This document shows, piece after piece, positions 1-8,065 of a stretch of DNA of 32,000 bases. The DNA lies in the NCBI RefSeq assembly GCF_019464535.1, contig NZ_CP080507.1, positions 2,820,001 through 2,852,000 on the forward strand, in the 5' to 3' direction. The stretch is from Horticoccus luteus (lineage in GTDB: Bacteria; Verrucomicrobiota; Verrucomicrobiia; Opitutales; Opitutaceae). Within the stretch, counting starts at the first letter, position 1. Each line of letters starts with the position of its first letter. The position numbers were made by a program, and so were the translations under genes. Under the pieces are notes generated by a model. It ran no database searches. It saw only the letters and a program-made list of their open reading frames with translations, and was not told where the DNA came from.

Positions 1-516
1 GCAGAAACCGCCGCTCCGAACGCTTCCCCGGAAGCGCCCGCCGTGGCTCCGGCCGCAGAAGCGACGCCCCCGCCGGCCGCCCCCGAACTCACTGTCGAAC
101 AGCGTGAAAAGATCGCCCGCCTGAACGGCGACCTCCGCTGGCTCGTCACCGAAGGTTACGTCACCGAATTCATTGACGGTCGCCTCTTCGCCGCGCCACC
201 GATGGTCGAGGCGCGAAAGAAGGAAATCGAGGGCGACGATCACGATCCCGAAAACTTTCCGGAGGCTCCGGTCGAAGCGGCACCCGCCCCAGCCGCCGCC
301 CCAACGGCGGAGTCGCCAGCGCCGTCCACTGATTCCTCCACCAATGCGCCCGCGGTCGAAGCTGCGCCCATTGCGGACGCACCCGCGGAGCCCACTCCTT
401 CTCCCGCCGCCGAACAACCCGCTTCGCCCGCTGCTGAGATCACGCCCGCCGCGGCCGAGAACACTTCGGCACCGGCGGAAAGGCCGAGCGAGCCACCGCG
501 CGCCGCAGCTGAGTAA
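1..516 (+). CDS. hypothetical protein, 3' portion (open at the window start), with a Pro/Ala/Glu-rich low-complexity C-terminal tail
   Basis: Frame 1 has no stop from base 1 to the TAA at 514-516. The listed ORF starts at a GTG (43), so the true start is probably upstream of the window. I recognise no family. The tail is PAAxP-type low complexity. Confidence 0.45.
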   Translation, partial: AETAAPNASPEAPAVAPAAEATPPPAAPELTVEQREKIARLNGDLRWLVTEGYVTEFIDGRLFAAPPMVEARKKEIEGDDHDPENFPEAPVEAAPAPAAAPTAESPAPSTDSSTNAPAVEAAPIADAPAEPTPSPAAEQPASPAAEITPAAAENTSAPAERPSEPPRAAAE

Positions 517-524
517 ACGCCGCA

Positions 525-983
525 ATGCCTGCGGCCGTTAGCCCAGCCGGGCGGCTCCAAGCGTATCTGCATCGCTCCATTCCGCTTTCGGCGGCGATGC
601 AGGTGCGGGTGACGCATTGTGAACAAGGCGTGGTGGAACTCACCGCGCCCCTTTCGCCCAACGTCAATCATCGCCACACGATGTTTGGCGGCAGCATCTC
701 CGCGCTCGCGCTGCTCGCCGGTTGGGGCGCTTTTCACCTCGCTCTCGAAGCCAGCGCCGTGAACGCCGAAATCGTCATTCGCCACAACACCATCGACTAC
801 GTGGCGCCGGCGGCGGGCGATGTCACCGCCCACTGCGCCGCCGTGAGCGACGAGGAACGCGCACGTTTTGCGCGCACGTTCCGACGGCTCGGCAAGGCGC
901 GCATGCCACTGGTCGTCACCTTGCGTTGCGGCTCCACGGTTGTCGCCCGCTTTCACGGCGACTATGCCGCTCTCGCCGGCTGA
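525..983 (+). CDS. hotdog-fold thioesterase, YiiD C-terminal domain-like (DUF4442-type)
   Basis: ATG at 525, TGA at 981-983, 152 aa. The pattern 'NHRHTMFGGSISALALLAGWGA...IDYVAPAAGDV' matches my memory of YiiD_C/putative thioesterase proteins. Confidence 0.65.
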   Translation: MPAAVSPAGRLQAYLHRSIPLSAAMQVRVTHCEQGVVELTAPLSPNVNHRHTMFGGSISALALLAGWGAFHLALEASAVNAEIVIRHNTIDYVAPAAGDVTAHCAAVSDEERARFARTFRRLGKARMPLVVTLRCGSTVVARFHGDYAALAG

Positions 984-1108
984 CGCCGGAACTCCTCCAC
1001 GTCACAGGCAGCCGCGCGCAGACGCAATCCCTTCAGGCCGATGTTCTCGGCACTGCAGTTACCTCCGGCTCGCGCGGGCCGCCCCCGCCAAACCACCCGC
1101 GCCCAATC

Positions 1109-1426
1109 TTAAAGAGACGTCGCGCTGGCGCGGCGTTCCGGTGCCAACGTGTCGTCCAAACGTTCCCCCACGCGGTTCGTCATGATGCCGTCAGCGTCGC
1201 GAGAGTCACCCATGACGTCCTGTTTACTCAGGTCATCCTGAGCCAACGGTTCGCGCAGTTGCCGCTCCGCTTCCGTCCAGTGTTCGACATGGCGCCCATG
1301 TGGGCAACCCTGCTCCACCCAGATCGAGTGAGCGCGTGCCGCAACCTCATCGTGCGTCGGAAGACGCGGTGTCGTCGCCGCAGGAGTAAAAAGTCGTGTC
1401 GTCGTGCGAGTCTTTTTGTTTCTCAT
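1109..1426 (-). CDS. DUF2934 domain protein
   Basis: I chose the internal ATG at 1426 (MRNKKTR...), 105 aa. 'HDEVAARAHSIWVEQGCPHGRHVEHWTEAERQL' fits the DUF2934 signature (RAY.IW...G.P.G....W..AE..L). The longer 184-aa upstream extension is Arg/Gly-rich and overlaps tsaE. Confidence 0.65.
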   Translation of the reverse strand: MRNKKTRTTTRLFTPAATTPRLPTHDEVAARAHSIWVEQGCPHGRHVEHWTEAERQLREPLAQDDLSKQDVMGDSRDADGIMTNRVGERLDDTLAPERRASATSL

Positions 1427-1545
1427 AGCGGGGCTATTATGCCGCTTCGGACCTTGCGCTGCACTCGGTAATTTCCTGTGCCCTTGCCTGCGAGAAACCG
1501 CCATGCTGCGTTCAACCCGTCGCCCCACCGTCGCGGGCGGCGCGT

Positions 1546-1986
1546 TTAGTGACGCAGGCGCAACGTATGCCGCTCGTCCCCGGCGATGCCCAAGTCCAGA
1601 TGCCAGGCGGTCGCCGGCAGCCAGTCGGCGACATTTTCCGGCCACTCGACCGCCAGGCACCAAGGCGACCGCAAAAAATCCTCCAGCATCAACGCCTCCA
1701 TCTCCGCCGCGCCGTTTAACCGATACGCATCGAGATGCACCAACGTGCGTTCCCGACCATGATACAGGTTGAAAATCGTAAACGTCGGGCTCGTCACTGC
1801 GTGCGTCACGCCGAGCGCGCGCGCCAGCCCCTGCACGAAGGTCGTCTTCCCCACGCCCAGATCGCCGTGCAACGCCAGCACGACATCGGGCGGGAGCACC
1901 TCCGCCACTCGGCGCGCCACCGCCTGCGTTTCCTCCGCCGACGCCGTCGCGACCCCGCGCCGAAGTTCTGCCACCACGTCGCTCAT
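1546..1986 (-). CDS. tsaE: tRNA threonylcarbamoyladenosine (t6A) biosynthesis ATPase TsaE
   Basis: ATG at 1986 (MSDVVAEL...). P-loop 'LHGDLGVGKTTFVQGLARALG' followed by 'VTSPTFTI' is typical of TsaE/YjeE. The start overlaps the thiL stop by 4 nt (ATGA). Confidence 0.85.
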   Translation of the reverse strand: MSDVVAELRRGVATASAEETQAVARRVAEVLPPDVVLALHGDLGVGKTTFVQGLARALGVTHAVTSPTFTIFNLYHGRERTLVHLDAYRLNGAAEMEALMLEDFLRSPWCLAVEWPENVADWLPATAWHLDLGIAGDERHTLRLRH

Positions 1987-2927
1987 ACGCCTCCGGCCAG
2001 GTGCTCGTAACCCCGAAACGCCGCCAGATCCACCGCGTCCGCAGGTCGTTGGCCGACCGTCACGAAACGCCCGATGCACGTCAACCGCGTGCGGAATTGC
2101 CGGCGCCACGCCTTTTCCAAACCCGCTCGGTCCGCCGTTCGCGCCACCGCCAGGGCGAGTTCATAATCCTCCCCTTCGCTCAACGCCGCCGCGACCGACG
2201 CACCCGCCCGCCGCGGCAGCGCCGCCGCCTGCAACGCCGGTTCCGCACCCCGCGGCGTCAACGCATGCAGGTCCTTCGCCAGCCCATCGCTCACATCCAT
2301 CATCGCCCGCACGTCCGCGCGTCGCGCCAGCCAGGCGCCTTCCTCCAACCGCGGCGTAAACCGCCAGTGATGCCCGCTCGCCACGCTGCCACCGATCGTG
2401 CCGGTCACATAAATCCAGTCGCCGATCGCTGCGCCGCGGCGCGAGATCACCCGCGCCGTCCGCCCCGCCGCCGCCGTCCCCAGCAACGTGAGACTCGCCG
2501 CCAGCACGCCATTCGCCTGCGCCACGTCGCCGCCCACGACCGGCACCCGATACCGCCGCGCGCACGCCGCCAGTCCGCGATAAAACCCTTCCAGCCACCA
2601 CACGCTCACCTTCGCATCGAGCGTCAACGCCAGCACCGCCGCCGTCGGCCGCCCGCCCATCGCCGCCAGATCGCTTAGATTCCGTTTCAACAATTTCGCT
2701 CCGACTGACCGCGGCGCGATCGTGGCGTCAAAATGCCGCCCGTAAATCACCGGGTCCACCGTGATCAACTGCCGGCCCGCCACGGCCGGCAGCACCGCGC
2801 AGTCGTCGCCGATGCCAAACGGTGCGCGTGGCGAGGCCGTCCCGAGCCAGCGCCGGATCGCTGTAATCAACCGCTCCTCGCCCAGTCCGCCCACCGCGTC
2901 GTCCGGTCGTGCCGCAAACGGATCCAT
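1983..2927 (-). CDS. thiL: thiamine-monophosphate kinase
   Basis: 314 aa. The N-terminal 'LGEERLI..I...L........GIGDDCAVL' and the later 'GGD'/'DVSDGL' AIR-synthase-like motifs are typical of ThiL. Confidence 0.85.
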   Translation of the reverse strand: MDPFAARPDDAVGGLGEERLITAIRRWLGTASPRAPFGIGDDCAVLPAVAGRQLITVDPVIYGRHFDATIAPRSVGAKLLKRNLSDLAAMGGRPTAAVLALTLDAKVSVWWLEGFYRGLAACARRYRVPVVGGDVAQANGVLAASLTLLGTAAAGRTARVISRRGAAIGDWIYVTGTIGGSVASGHHWRFTPRLEEGAWLARRADVRAMMDVSDGLAKDLHALTPRGAEPALQAAALPRRAGASVAAALSEGEDYELALAVARTADRAGLEKAWRRQFRTRLTCIGRFVTVGQRPADAVDLAAFRGYEHLAGGV

Positions 2928-2928
2928 G

Positions 2929-3735
2929 TCACTTGCTCACGCCCGCCAGCACGAGCAGCACCGTGTTGAGATTGAACAACCCGTGCGCGATCATCGTCAC
3001 CGCCGCATTGTCCGTGCGCTCATACGCGAGCGAAAACACGACGCCCAGCGCGACCAGCGGCATGAACGTCGCGAGGTTCACATGCAGCGCGCCAAACAGC
3101 ACCGCCGGCAGCAGCAACGCCCCCCAGCGAGGCACCCGCGTGCGCAGATAACGAAACAGTCCCGCCCGAAACAACAGCTCCTCACCCACCGGCGCCACCA
3201 CGGTCGCCAGCAACGTCATCGCGATCAAAAGCCCCGGCGAATCCGCATGCGCAAACATATCGACGATGTCCTGCTCCTCGATCGGCACGCCCAGCGCCAG
3301 CAACAGATTCTGCCAGAGCAAAGACACCACCGCCACGACCGGCAGCACGATCAGAAACGTCGTCGCTCCCGCCCGCCACGCCGCGGCATCCAGCCGCCAT
3401 CGCGCCGCATCGCGATCAAGCCGAAGACGGAAAAGAACCAATCCCCCGATCAAACCGAAATGTAATGCGCCGCCGGCGATCAGCATTTTTTGCGTGTCCG
3501 TCAGCGCGGCATGCGTGACCAGCGCACCCGCGGCCAGTTGCGCGACCAGCGCCGCGGTGATCGCGAGCCACGCGAAAAGTAGAAAATCCACTTTGGAAAT
3601 CCGCCACGCCCCCAGCGGTCGCGGCGCCGCCCGACCCGCCGCACTCAGCCCCTGCCACCACAGCAGGACGACGCCGGCCAGGAAAAAGATTCCTTCCAAG
3701 GCGAAGACGGCAAGGCGGGCGGAGGACGAAAACAT
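2929..3735 (-). CDS. CPBP family intramembrane glutamic endopeptidase (CAAX protease-like)
   Basis: I chose the ATG at 3735 (MFSSSARLAVF...), 268 aa, multi-pass hydrophobic. Motifs 'GEELLFRAGLF', 'FGALH' and 'HGLFN' are the CPBP/Abi signatures. The 412-aa ORF-track version adds an Arg/Gly-rich, non-protein-like N-terminus. The stop lies 1 nt from the thiL start. Confidence 0.8.
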   Translation of the reverse strand: MFSSSARLAVFALEGIFFLAGVVLLWWQGLSAAGRAAPRPLGAWRISKVDFLLFAWLAITAALVAQLAAGALVTHAALTDTQKMLIAGGALHFGLIGGLVLFRLRLDRDAARWRLDAAAWRAGATTFLIVLPVVAVVSLLWQNLLLALGVPIEEQDIVDMFAHADSPGLLIAMTLLATVVAPVGEELLFRAGLFRYLRTRVPRWGALLLPAVLFGALHVNLATFMPLVALGVVFSLAYERTDNAAVTMIAHGLFNLNTVLLVLAGVSK

Positions 3736-3838
3736 GCGGGGCGAAGTGCGAAGCAAATCTCGCGCGGGCGCAATGGCGGAGGCTCGCACTCGAAGATGTC
3801 CGCCCCAAAAAGTCTGCCGTCGGTGAAACACCAGGTCG

Positions 3839-3862
3839 AACCCGCCGTCGCCGGCGGGTTTT
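3839..3862 (+). terminator. intrinsic-terminator-like hairpin (9-bp GC stem AACCCGCCG/CGGCGGGTT, 4-nt loop, TTTT tail) with no upstream plus-strand gene
   Basis: Read directly as aacccgccg-tcgc-cggcgggtt-tt. The T-run follows the stem only in the plus orientation. Confidence 0.35.
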
Positions 3863-4302
3863 CCGGCGCCCTGACGCCGCCAACCCTCTCCCTCCCGTCG
3901 CGAACGGCAGGATCCCATGCGCCCATGAAACCATGAACCCGGCATGTGCAAGTCACGGCTCTTTCGCCGACCGAGGGCGAGGACAGTCGAAGGCAGAGCG
4001 AACGCGGGGCTGGATCGCCGGGCGAACGAGCCTTTTTGGCGCCGGTGAAGCCGTTCCACGTCGAGGTGCCGGATCAAAAGGCCCGAGTCGATCACTCGCC
4101 GCGCATGACAATATCTCCCCACAAACCACAAAAATTGACCCCATTTCCATTCCCGACTATTGGCCATCCCGTCGAGTCAAGATTCAAGACGTGCGGTTTT
4201 TGGCTTTGGCTCCGTCGAGGCAGTTCGGCGTGGAGCGGCATGCGCGGCAGCATGGCCGCTGACGCTGCCGATGCCGGCACGACCGCGCAACGGCGTTTTC
4301 GC

Positions 4303-4509
4303 TCAGTTGAACAGCTCCCGCGGCAGGCCGCTCTGGCGGATGATCGAAGCGAGCGTGCCGCGCGGGAGCTCGCGCCGTCCGGCCGGCACGATCACCGTGT
4401 GCCCGGCCGCGTCGCGGTATTTGATGTGACTGCCTTTCTGCGACACGAACGCGAAGCCATGCGCGAGCAGGATTTCGACGACTTGCGCGGAGCTGAGCAG
4501 GCTAGCCAT
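4303..4509 (-). CDS. hicA: type II toxin HicA (mRNA interferase, YcfA/HicA family)
   Basis: ATG at 4509 (MASLLSSAQVVEILLAHGFAFVSQKGSHIKYRD..GHTVIVPAGRRELPRGTLASIIRQSGL). The GF...KGSH....vP.H..l..GTl..I..q.gl pattern is the HicA family signature. Confidence 0.8.
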   Translation of the reverse strand: MASLLSSAQVVEILLAHGFAFVSQKGSHIKYRDAAGHTVIVPAGRRELPRGTLASIIRQSGLPRELFN

Positions 4510-4711
4510 GCACGACGCCTTCACCGACGAGCACCTCGTCGATCTGCTGGTATTCCGCCGCCGGGCTGTTCTCGAAGTAGAGTTCCACCGCCTCCTTCAG
4601 GCTCGCAATCGCCTCCTCCACCGTCTCGCCGAAGCTCGACACGTCGACGTTGAGGCACTGTGCCACGTAGTACGGCGGCTCCTTGTAGATGCAAAACTTG
4701 ATGGTACGCAT
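4502..4711 (-). CDS. hicB: HicB-like antitoxin (UPF0150 N-terminal fold only, 69 aa)
   Basis: ATG at 4711 (MRTIKFCIYKEPPYYVAQCLNVDVSSFGETVEEAIASLKEAVELYFE) is a typical HicB N-domain. It overlaps the hicA start by 8 nt. An alternative ATG at 4738 would add 9 aa. Confidence 0.7.
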   Translation of the reverse strand: MRTIKFCIYKEPPYYVAQCLNVDVSSFGETVEEAIASLKEAVELYFENSPAAEYQQIDEVLVGEGVVHG

Positions 4712-4951
4712 GGCTTGAACGTAGCTCGAACCGTTCATTGAGCAACGCCCTTTTCGCGCGGGTCGCAGCGGCGGTGCGCCCCCTTCAGTTATCTCCTGCA
4801 CGTGGCGCAGGTTCGCCCGGTTCTGCAACAGATGCAGACGGTGTTTCAGATCGTCGCACAGCGCAAGGCTGGCGCGCCGTGCGCCGCTCGTTCGTCTTGT
4901 CAAGAGTCAAGACCGGACGTCTCAGACAGGACGTCTTTTGCTCGGGGGTAT

Positions 4952-4995
4952 GATCCGGTGATAGGTAACAAACTATCCGGAGTGATAGGTGACAC
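4952..4995. repeat. IS left terminal inverted repeat (GATCCGGTGATAGGTAACAAACTATCCGGAGTGATAGGTGACAC)
   Basis: The reverse complement of 6355-6398 matches with 3 mismatches. It holds two copies of an ATCCGG(A)GTGATRGGTNACA unit, and a third copy lies at 4999-5019. Confidence 0.85.
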
Positions 4996-5030
4996 ATAAT
5001 CCGGAGTGATGGGTTACACTGCACGGCACA

Positions 5031-6293
5031 ATGCCGTGGCAAAACGTAACCCCAATGGAAGAGATCAATCGATTTGTCATTCTGGCGCAGAGCGGCCGTT
5101 TTACGGTGAGCGATCTGTGCGAACAGTTCGGCATCAGCCGGAAGACGGGCTACAAGCATTTGGTGCGCTACGCGGCGTCGGGCCTGGCTGGCCTGCAGCC
5201 GCGCAGCCATCGGCCGCACACGTTTCCGCAGCGCACCGACGCGGCCGTTGAGGCGCTGATCCTCGCCGAACGCCGTCAACACCGCACGTGGGGACCGAAG
5301 AAGCTGCAGGCGGTGCTCGAGTTGAAGCATGGGATCGAGCGCCCGCCGGCGTGCAGCACGATCGCCGAGTTGCTGCGGCGGCACGGGTTGAGCGTGCGCC
5401 GCCGACGCCGTCCCGGCGCCTTTGCCGCGAGCAACGACGGCCTGACCGTCCCGACCCAGCCCAATCACGTCTGGACGGTGGACTTCAAGGGCTGGTTCAT
5501 GTTGGGCAACCAGCAGCGCTGCGATCCGCTGACCGTCTGCGATCGCTACAGCCATTACGTGTTGGCGTGCGACGCGCGGCCCAACCAGCAGTTCAAAGGC
5601 ACGCGGCACGCGTTTCGCGGGCTGATGCGGCACCATGGGCTGCCGGAGATCATTCGCTGCGATCTGGGCGCGCCGTTCGCCTCCATCGGCCTGGGGCGGC
5701 TGTCCAGCCTGAGCGTGTGGTGGATCGAGCAGGGCATCGAAGTGGAGTTCACGCGGCCGGGTTCGCCGCAGGACAACGGTTCGCACGAGCGCATGCACCG
5801 CGATCTGAAGGCGGAGGCGACGCAGCCCGCCTCGCCCAACTTCGCGGCCCAACAGCGTCGTTTCGATCGCTGGCAGCACACCTACAACCACGAGCGGCCC
5901 CACGAGGCGCTCGACCAGCGCCCGCCCGCCGAGTTTTACCGCCCCAGCGCCCGGCGACTGGGCGAGAACGACAAACCTCTGGTCTATCCGGCCCACCAAC
6001 AAGTCAAAGTCGTCTCCGACTCCGGCCATGTCGCGCACGAAGGTCGCAACTACTACATGGGCGATGCGTTTGCCGGCAAGCGGGTCGGCTTGGAACACAG
6101 CGACACGGGCCAGACCGAAGTGTATTTCGCCAACGTACATCTGGGCCATCTCGCCTACGACGCCGAGGGCGGTCGCTTTCACCCCACCGCCTACGTCAAA
6201 CCGGCCCGGCCCGCGCCCCATCCCCACCAGCCGCCTGCGGCGGCCGTCAGAGCGGGGAGGGAGCAAGCACCCTCCCCAGCACCCCTCCCTTAA
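5031..6293 (+). CDS. IS481-family DDE transposase (N-terminal HTH plus rve integrase core)
   Basis: 420 aa. 'MPWQNVTPMEEINRFVILAQSGRFTVSDLCEQFGISRKTGYKHL' is the typical IS481 HTH N-terminus. 'VWTVDFKGWF', 'IRCDLGAPF' and 'PQDNGSHERMHRDLK' supply the D, D and E of the rve core. Confidence 0.9.
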   Translation: MPWQNVTPMEEINRFVILAQSGRFTVSDLCEQFGISRKTGYKHLVRYAASGLAGLQPRSHRPHTFPQRTDAAVEALILAERRQHRTWGPKKLQAVLELKHGIERPPACSTIAELLRRHGLSVRRRRRPGAFAASNDGLTVPTQPNHVWTVDFKGWFMLGNQQRCDPLTVCDRYSHYVLACDARPNQQFKGTRHAFRGLMRHHGLPEIIRCDLGAPFASIGLGRLSSLSVWWIEQGIEVEFTRPGSPQDNGSHERMHRDLKAEATQPASPNFAAQQRRFDRWQHTYNHERPHEALDQRPPAEFYRPSARRLGENDKPLVYPAHQQVKVVSDSGHVAHEGRNYYMGDAFAGKRVGLEHSDTGQTEVYFANVHLGHLAYDAEGGRFHPTAYVKPARPAPHPHQPPAAAVRAGREQAPSPAPLP

Positions 6294-6354
6294 TATATCT
6301 TCCGCCCAAACCTACAAACCTCTCGCTACAACAACTCATTATCCTCTATCAAAA

Positions 6355-6398
6355 GTGTCACCCATCACTCCGGACAGTTTGTCACCTATCACCGGATC
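6355..6398. repeat. IS right terminal inverted repeat
   Basis: gtgtcacccatcactccggacagtttgtcacctatcaccggatc is the reverse complement of the left repeat. It holds two copies of the subterminal unit. Confidence 0.85.
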
Positions 6399-6768
6399 GA
6401 ACCCAGCCTCCACTGTTGAAGAGCAAAGGGGTCAGGCTTTGTAATATGTAGTTCATACCTGTTTTTGCGCGCTCCAAGCGCTGACTGTCGGCTGACGGAA
6501 TACAGCCTGCGCATTTACGCGCAAGGCCAAGCCAGCGGCTCGTTGCCGCGGCCCGCGCTCTTTCATAGCGGCCACGACGCCCACTTTCGGCGAGGCTGAG
6601 TCGAAACCCTTGCGCCAATCTTGACTAGGCGGACTGGTCAATGGTCCGGATTAAAAGCGGGATAGAGTTTCATGCCCACGACAGCGCCCTACCAACGTGG
6701 CGGTGGGGCCGGCCGCGGAGACATCTTCGATCGGCTCGTTGTTTCCGATTGGAGCCGCCGGTCCACCC

Positions 6769-8058
6769 TCAAACGATCTTCCGCCCGTCAAAAACCACCC
6801 GCCCACCGACAATCGTTTTCTTCACGCGTCCCGTCAGCGTCCGGCCGTGCCACGGTGAGTTGCTCGACTTGCTGAAGCCCGCCTTCGCATCGTAGGCCCA
6901 CGTCTCTTTCGGATCGAAAAGACAGACATCCGCCTCCGCGCCGACCGCCAGCGTCCCCGCCGGCAACCCGAGAATCTCCGCCGGCCGCCGCGTCATCAGA
7001 TCGACCAAGTGCGCCAGCTTGAATTTGTTCTCCCGCACCAACACGCCGAGCGAAACGGCGAGCGCCGTCTCCAGTCCGATGATGCCATTGGGCGCGAAAT
7101 CGAATTCCTTATCCTTCTCGTAATCGGTGTGCGGCGCGTGGTCGGTGCCGATGCAATCGAGAACACCTTCGCGCAAACCCGCGATCAACGCCTGCCGGTC
7201 CTCCTCCTCGCGCAACGGCGGGTTCATCTTGAAATTCGTGTCGTAGGTGCCGAGCGCGGCATCCGTCAGCGCCAGATGATGTGGCGTCGCCTCCGCCGTG
7301 ATCTTCACGCCCCGCGATTTCGCCCGCCGGATGATTTCCACCGAGAGCCGCGACGAAATGTGCTGCAGGTGAATGTGCGCCCCGGTGTAAGTCGAAAGGA
7401 TCACATTGCGCGAAACGATCAGGTCTTCCGCCGCATGCGGCCAGCCGCGCAGGCCGAGCCGGGTCGACATCGCGCCCTCGTTCATCACCGCGCCCTGCGT
7501 CATGGAGTGATCCTGACAATGATCCATGATCGGCAGGTCAAACATCCGTGCGTATTCACACGCGCGCCGCATGAGCTCGTTGCTCTGCACGCAATCCCCG
7601 TCGTCGGTGATCGCCGCCACACCCGCGCGTTTCAACGACCCGATCGGCGCCAGCGCCTGCCCTTTCATGCCCACCGTGATGCAACCCGTCGGCAGCACCC
7701 GCACCACCGCATCGCGCCGGATCGCGTCGTTGATGAATTGGATCGTGCCCGCGTTGTCCGCCGGTGGCGAGGTGTTCGGCATGCACACCACCGTCGTAAA
7801 ACCGCCCGCCGCCGCCGCGCGCGAACCCGTCGCGATCGTTTCCTTGTGCGTCTGCCCCGGCTCGCGGAAATGCACGTGGATGTCCACCAGCCCCGGACAC
7901 GCCACAAGGCCCGCGCCGTCGATTTTCTTCGCGGCTTTGCGCTCCGCGGCGGACAACGACGCGACGAAGCGGCCGTTTTTGATGAACACATCGCCGACTT
8001 CGTCCCGTCGGGCGGCGGGGTCGATCACGCGGGCGTTGGCGATCCAGAGGCTGGGCAT
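6769..8058 (-). CDS. pyrC: dihydroorotase
   Basis: ATG at 8058 (MPSLWIANARVIDP...), 429 aa. 'GLVDIHVHFREPG' (HxH metal site), 'TDHAPH' and overall amidohydrolase pattern. It follows pyrB directly (7-nt gap). Confidence 0.9.
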   Translation of the reverse strand: MPSLWIANARVIDPAARRDEVGDVFIKNGRFVASLSAAERKAAKKIDGAGLVACPGLVDIHVHFREPGQTHKETIATGSRAAAAGGFTTVVCMPNTSPPADNAGTIQFINDAIRRDAVVRVLPTGCITVGMKGQALAPIGSLKRAGVAAITDDGDCVQSNELMRRACEYARMFDLPIMDHCQDHSMTQGAVMNEGAMSTRLGLRGWPHAAEDLIVSRNVILSTYTGAHIHLQHISSRLSVEIIRRAKSRGVKITAEATPHHLALTDAALGTYDTNFKMNPPLREEEDRQALIAGLREGVLDCIGTDHAPHTDYEKDKEFDFAPNGIIGLETALAVSLGVLVRENKFKLAHLVDLMTRRPAEILGLPAGTLAVGAEADVCLFDPKETWAYDAKAGFSKSSNSPWHGRTLTGRVKKTIVGGRVVFDGRKIV

Positions 8059-8065
8059 GGCAAAA

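Larger units (their letters stand above)
4952..6398 (+). mobile_element. IS481-family insertion sequence, apparently intact (~1.45 kb)
   Basis: A single DDE transposase ORF is bounded by 44-bp imperfect inverted repeats with 41/44 matches. I could not identify an unambiguous target-site duplication. Confidence 0.8.

Noticed and set aside
3930-4060. Strings resembling the RNase P P4 strands (gaacccggc, gaggacagtcgaagg) and a tmRNA 5' end (ggggctggatcgccgg)
   Set aside because: The partner elements are absent at the required spacing. There is no P4 counterpart outside the CPBP coding sequence, no T-arm GGTTCGA, and no CCA-proximal acceptor within 400 nt. These are most likely chance matches in GC-rich DNA.
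3736-4167. N-terminal 144-aa extension of the CPBP protease ORF (ORF-track start at 4167)
   Set aside because: The extension is Arg/Gly/Trp-rich and crosses the terminator-like hairpin. The internal ATG at 3735 begins directly at the first transmembrane helix.
4176-4913. 15-bp direct repeat GTCAAGA(T/G)TCAAGAC at 4176-4190 and 4899-4913, bracketing the hicBA pair and each followed by a T-run
   Set aside because: The placement is suggestive of cassette boundaries. However, a 14/15 match is expected by chance many times in 32 kb on two strands, and the motif is internally repetitive (TCAAGA twice). It is only worth rechecking if the same repeat flanks hic cassettes elsewhere in the genome.
4785-6266. 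493-aa minus-strand ORF across the IS element
   Set aside because: It is antisense to a transposase with clear HTH and DDE motifs. Its composition is Arg/Ala/Gly-rich and non-protein-like, and it crosses the left inverted repeat.
6390-6470. tRNA-like 'ggatcgaaccc' next to the right IS end, considered as a possible tRNA fragment or integration site
   Set aside because: The flanking bases cannot form a T-stem or an acceptor stem, and the string is part of the IS inverted repeat itself.
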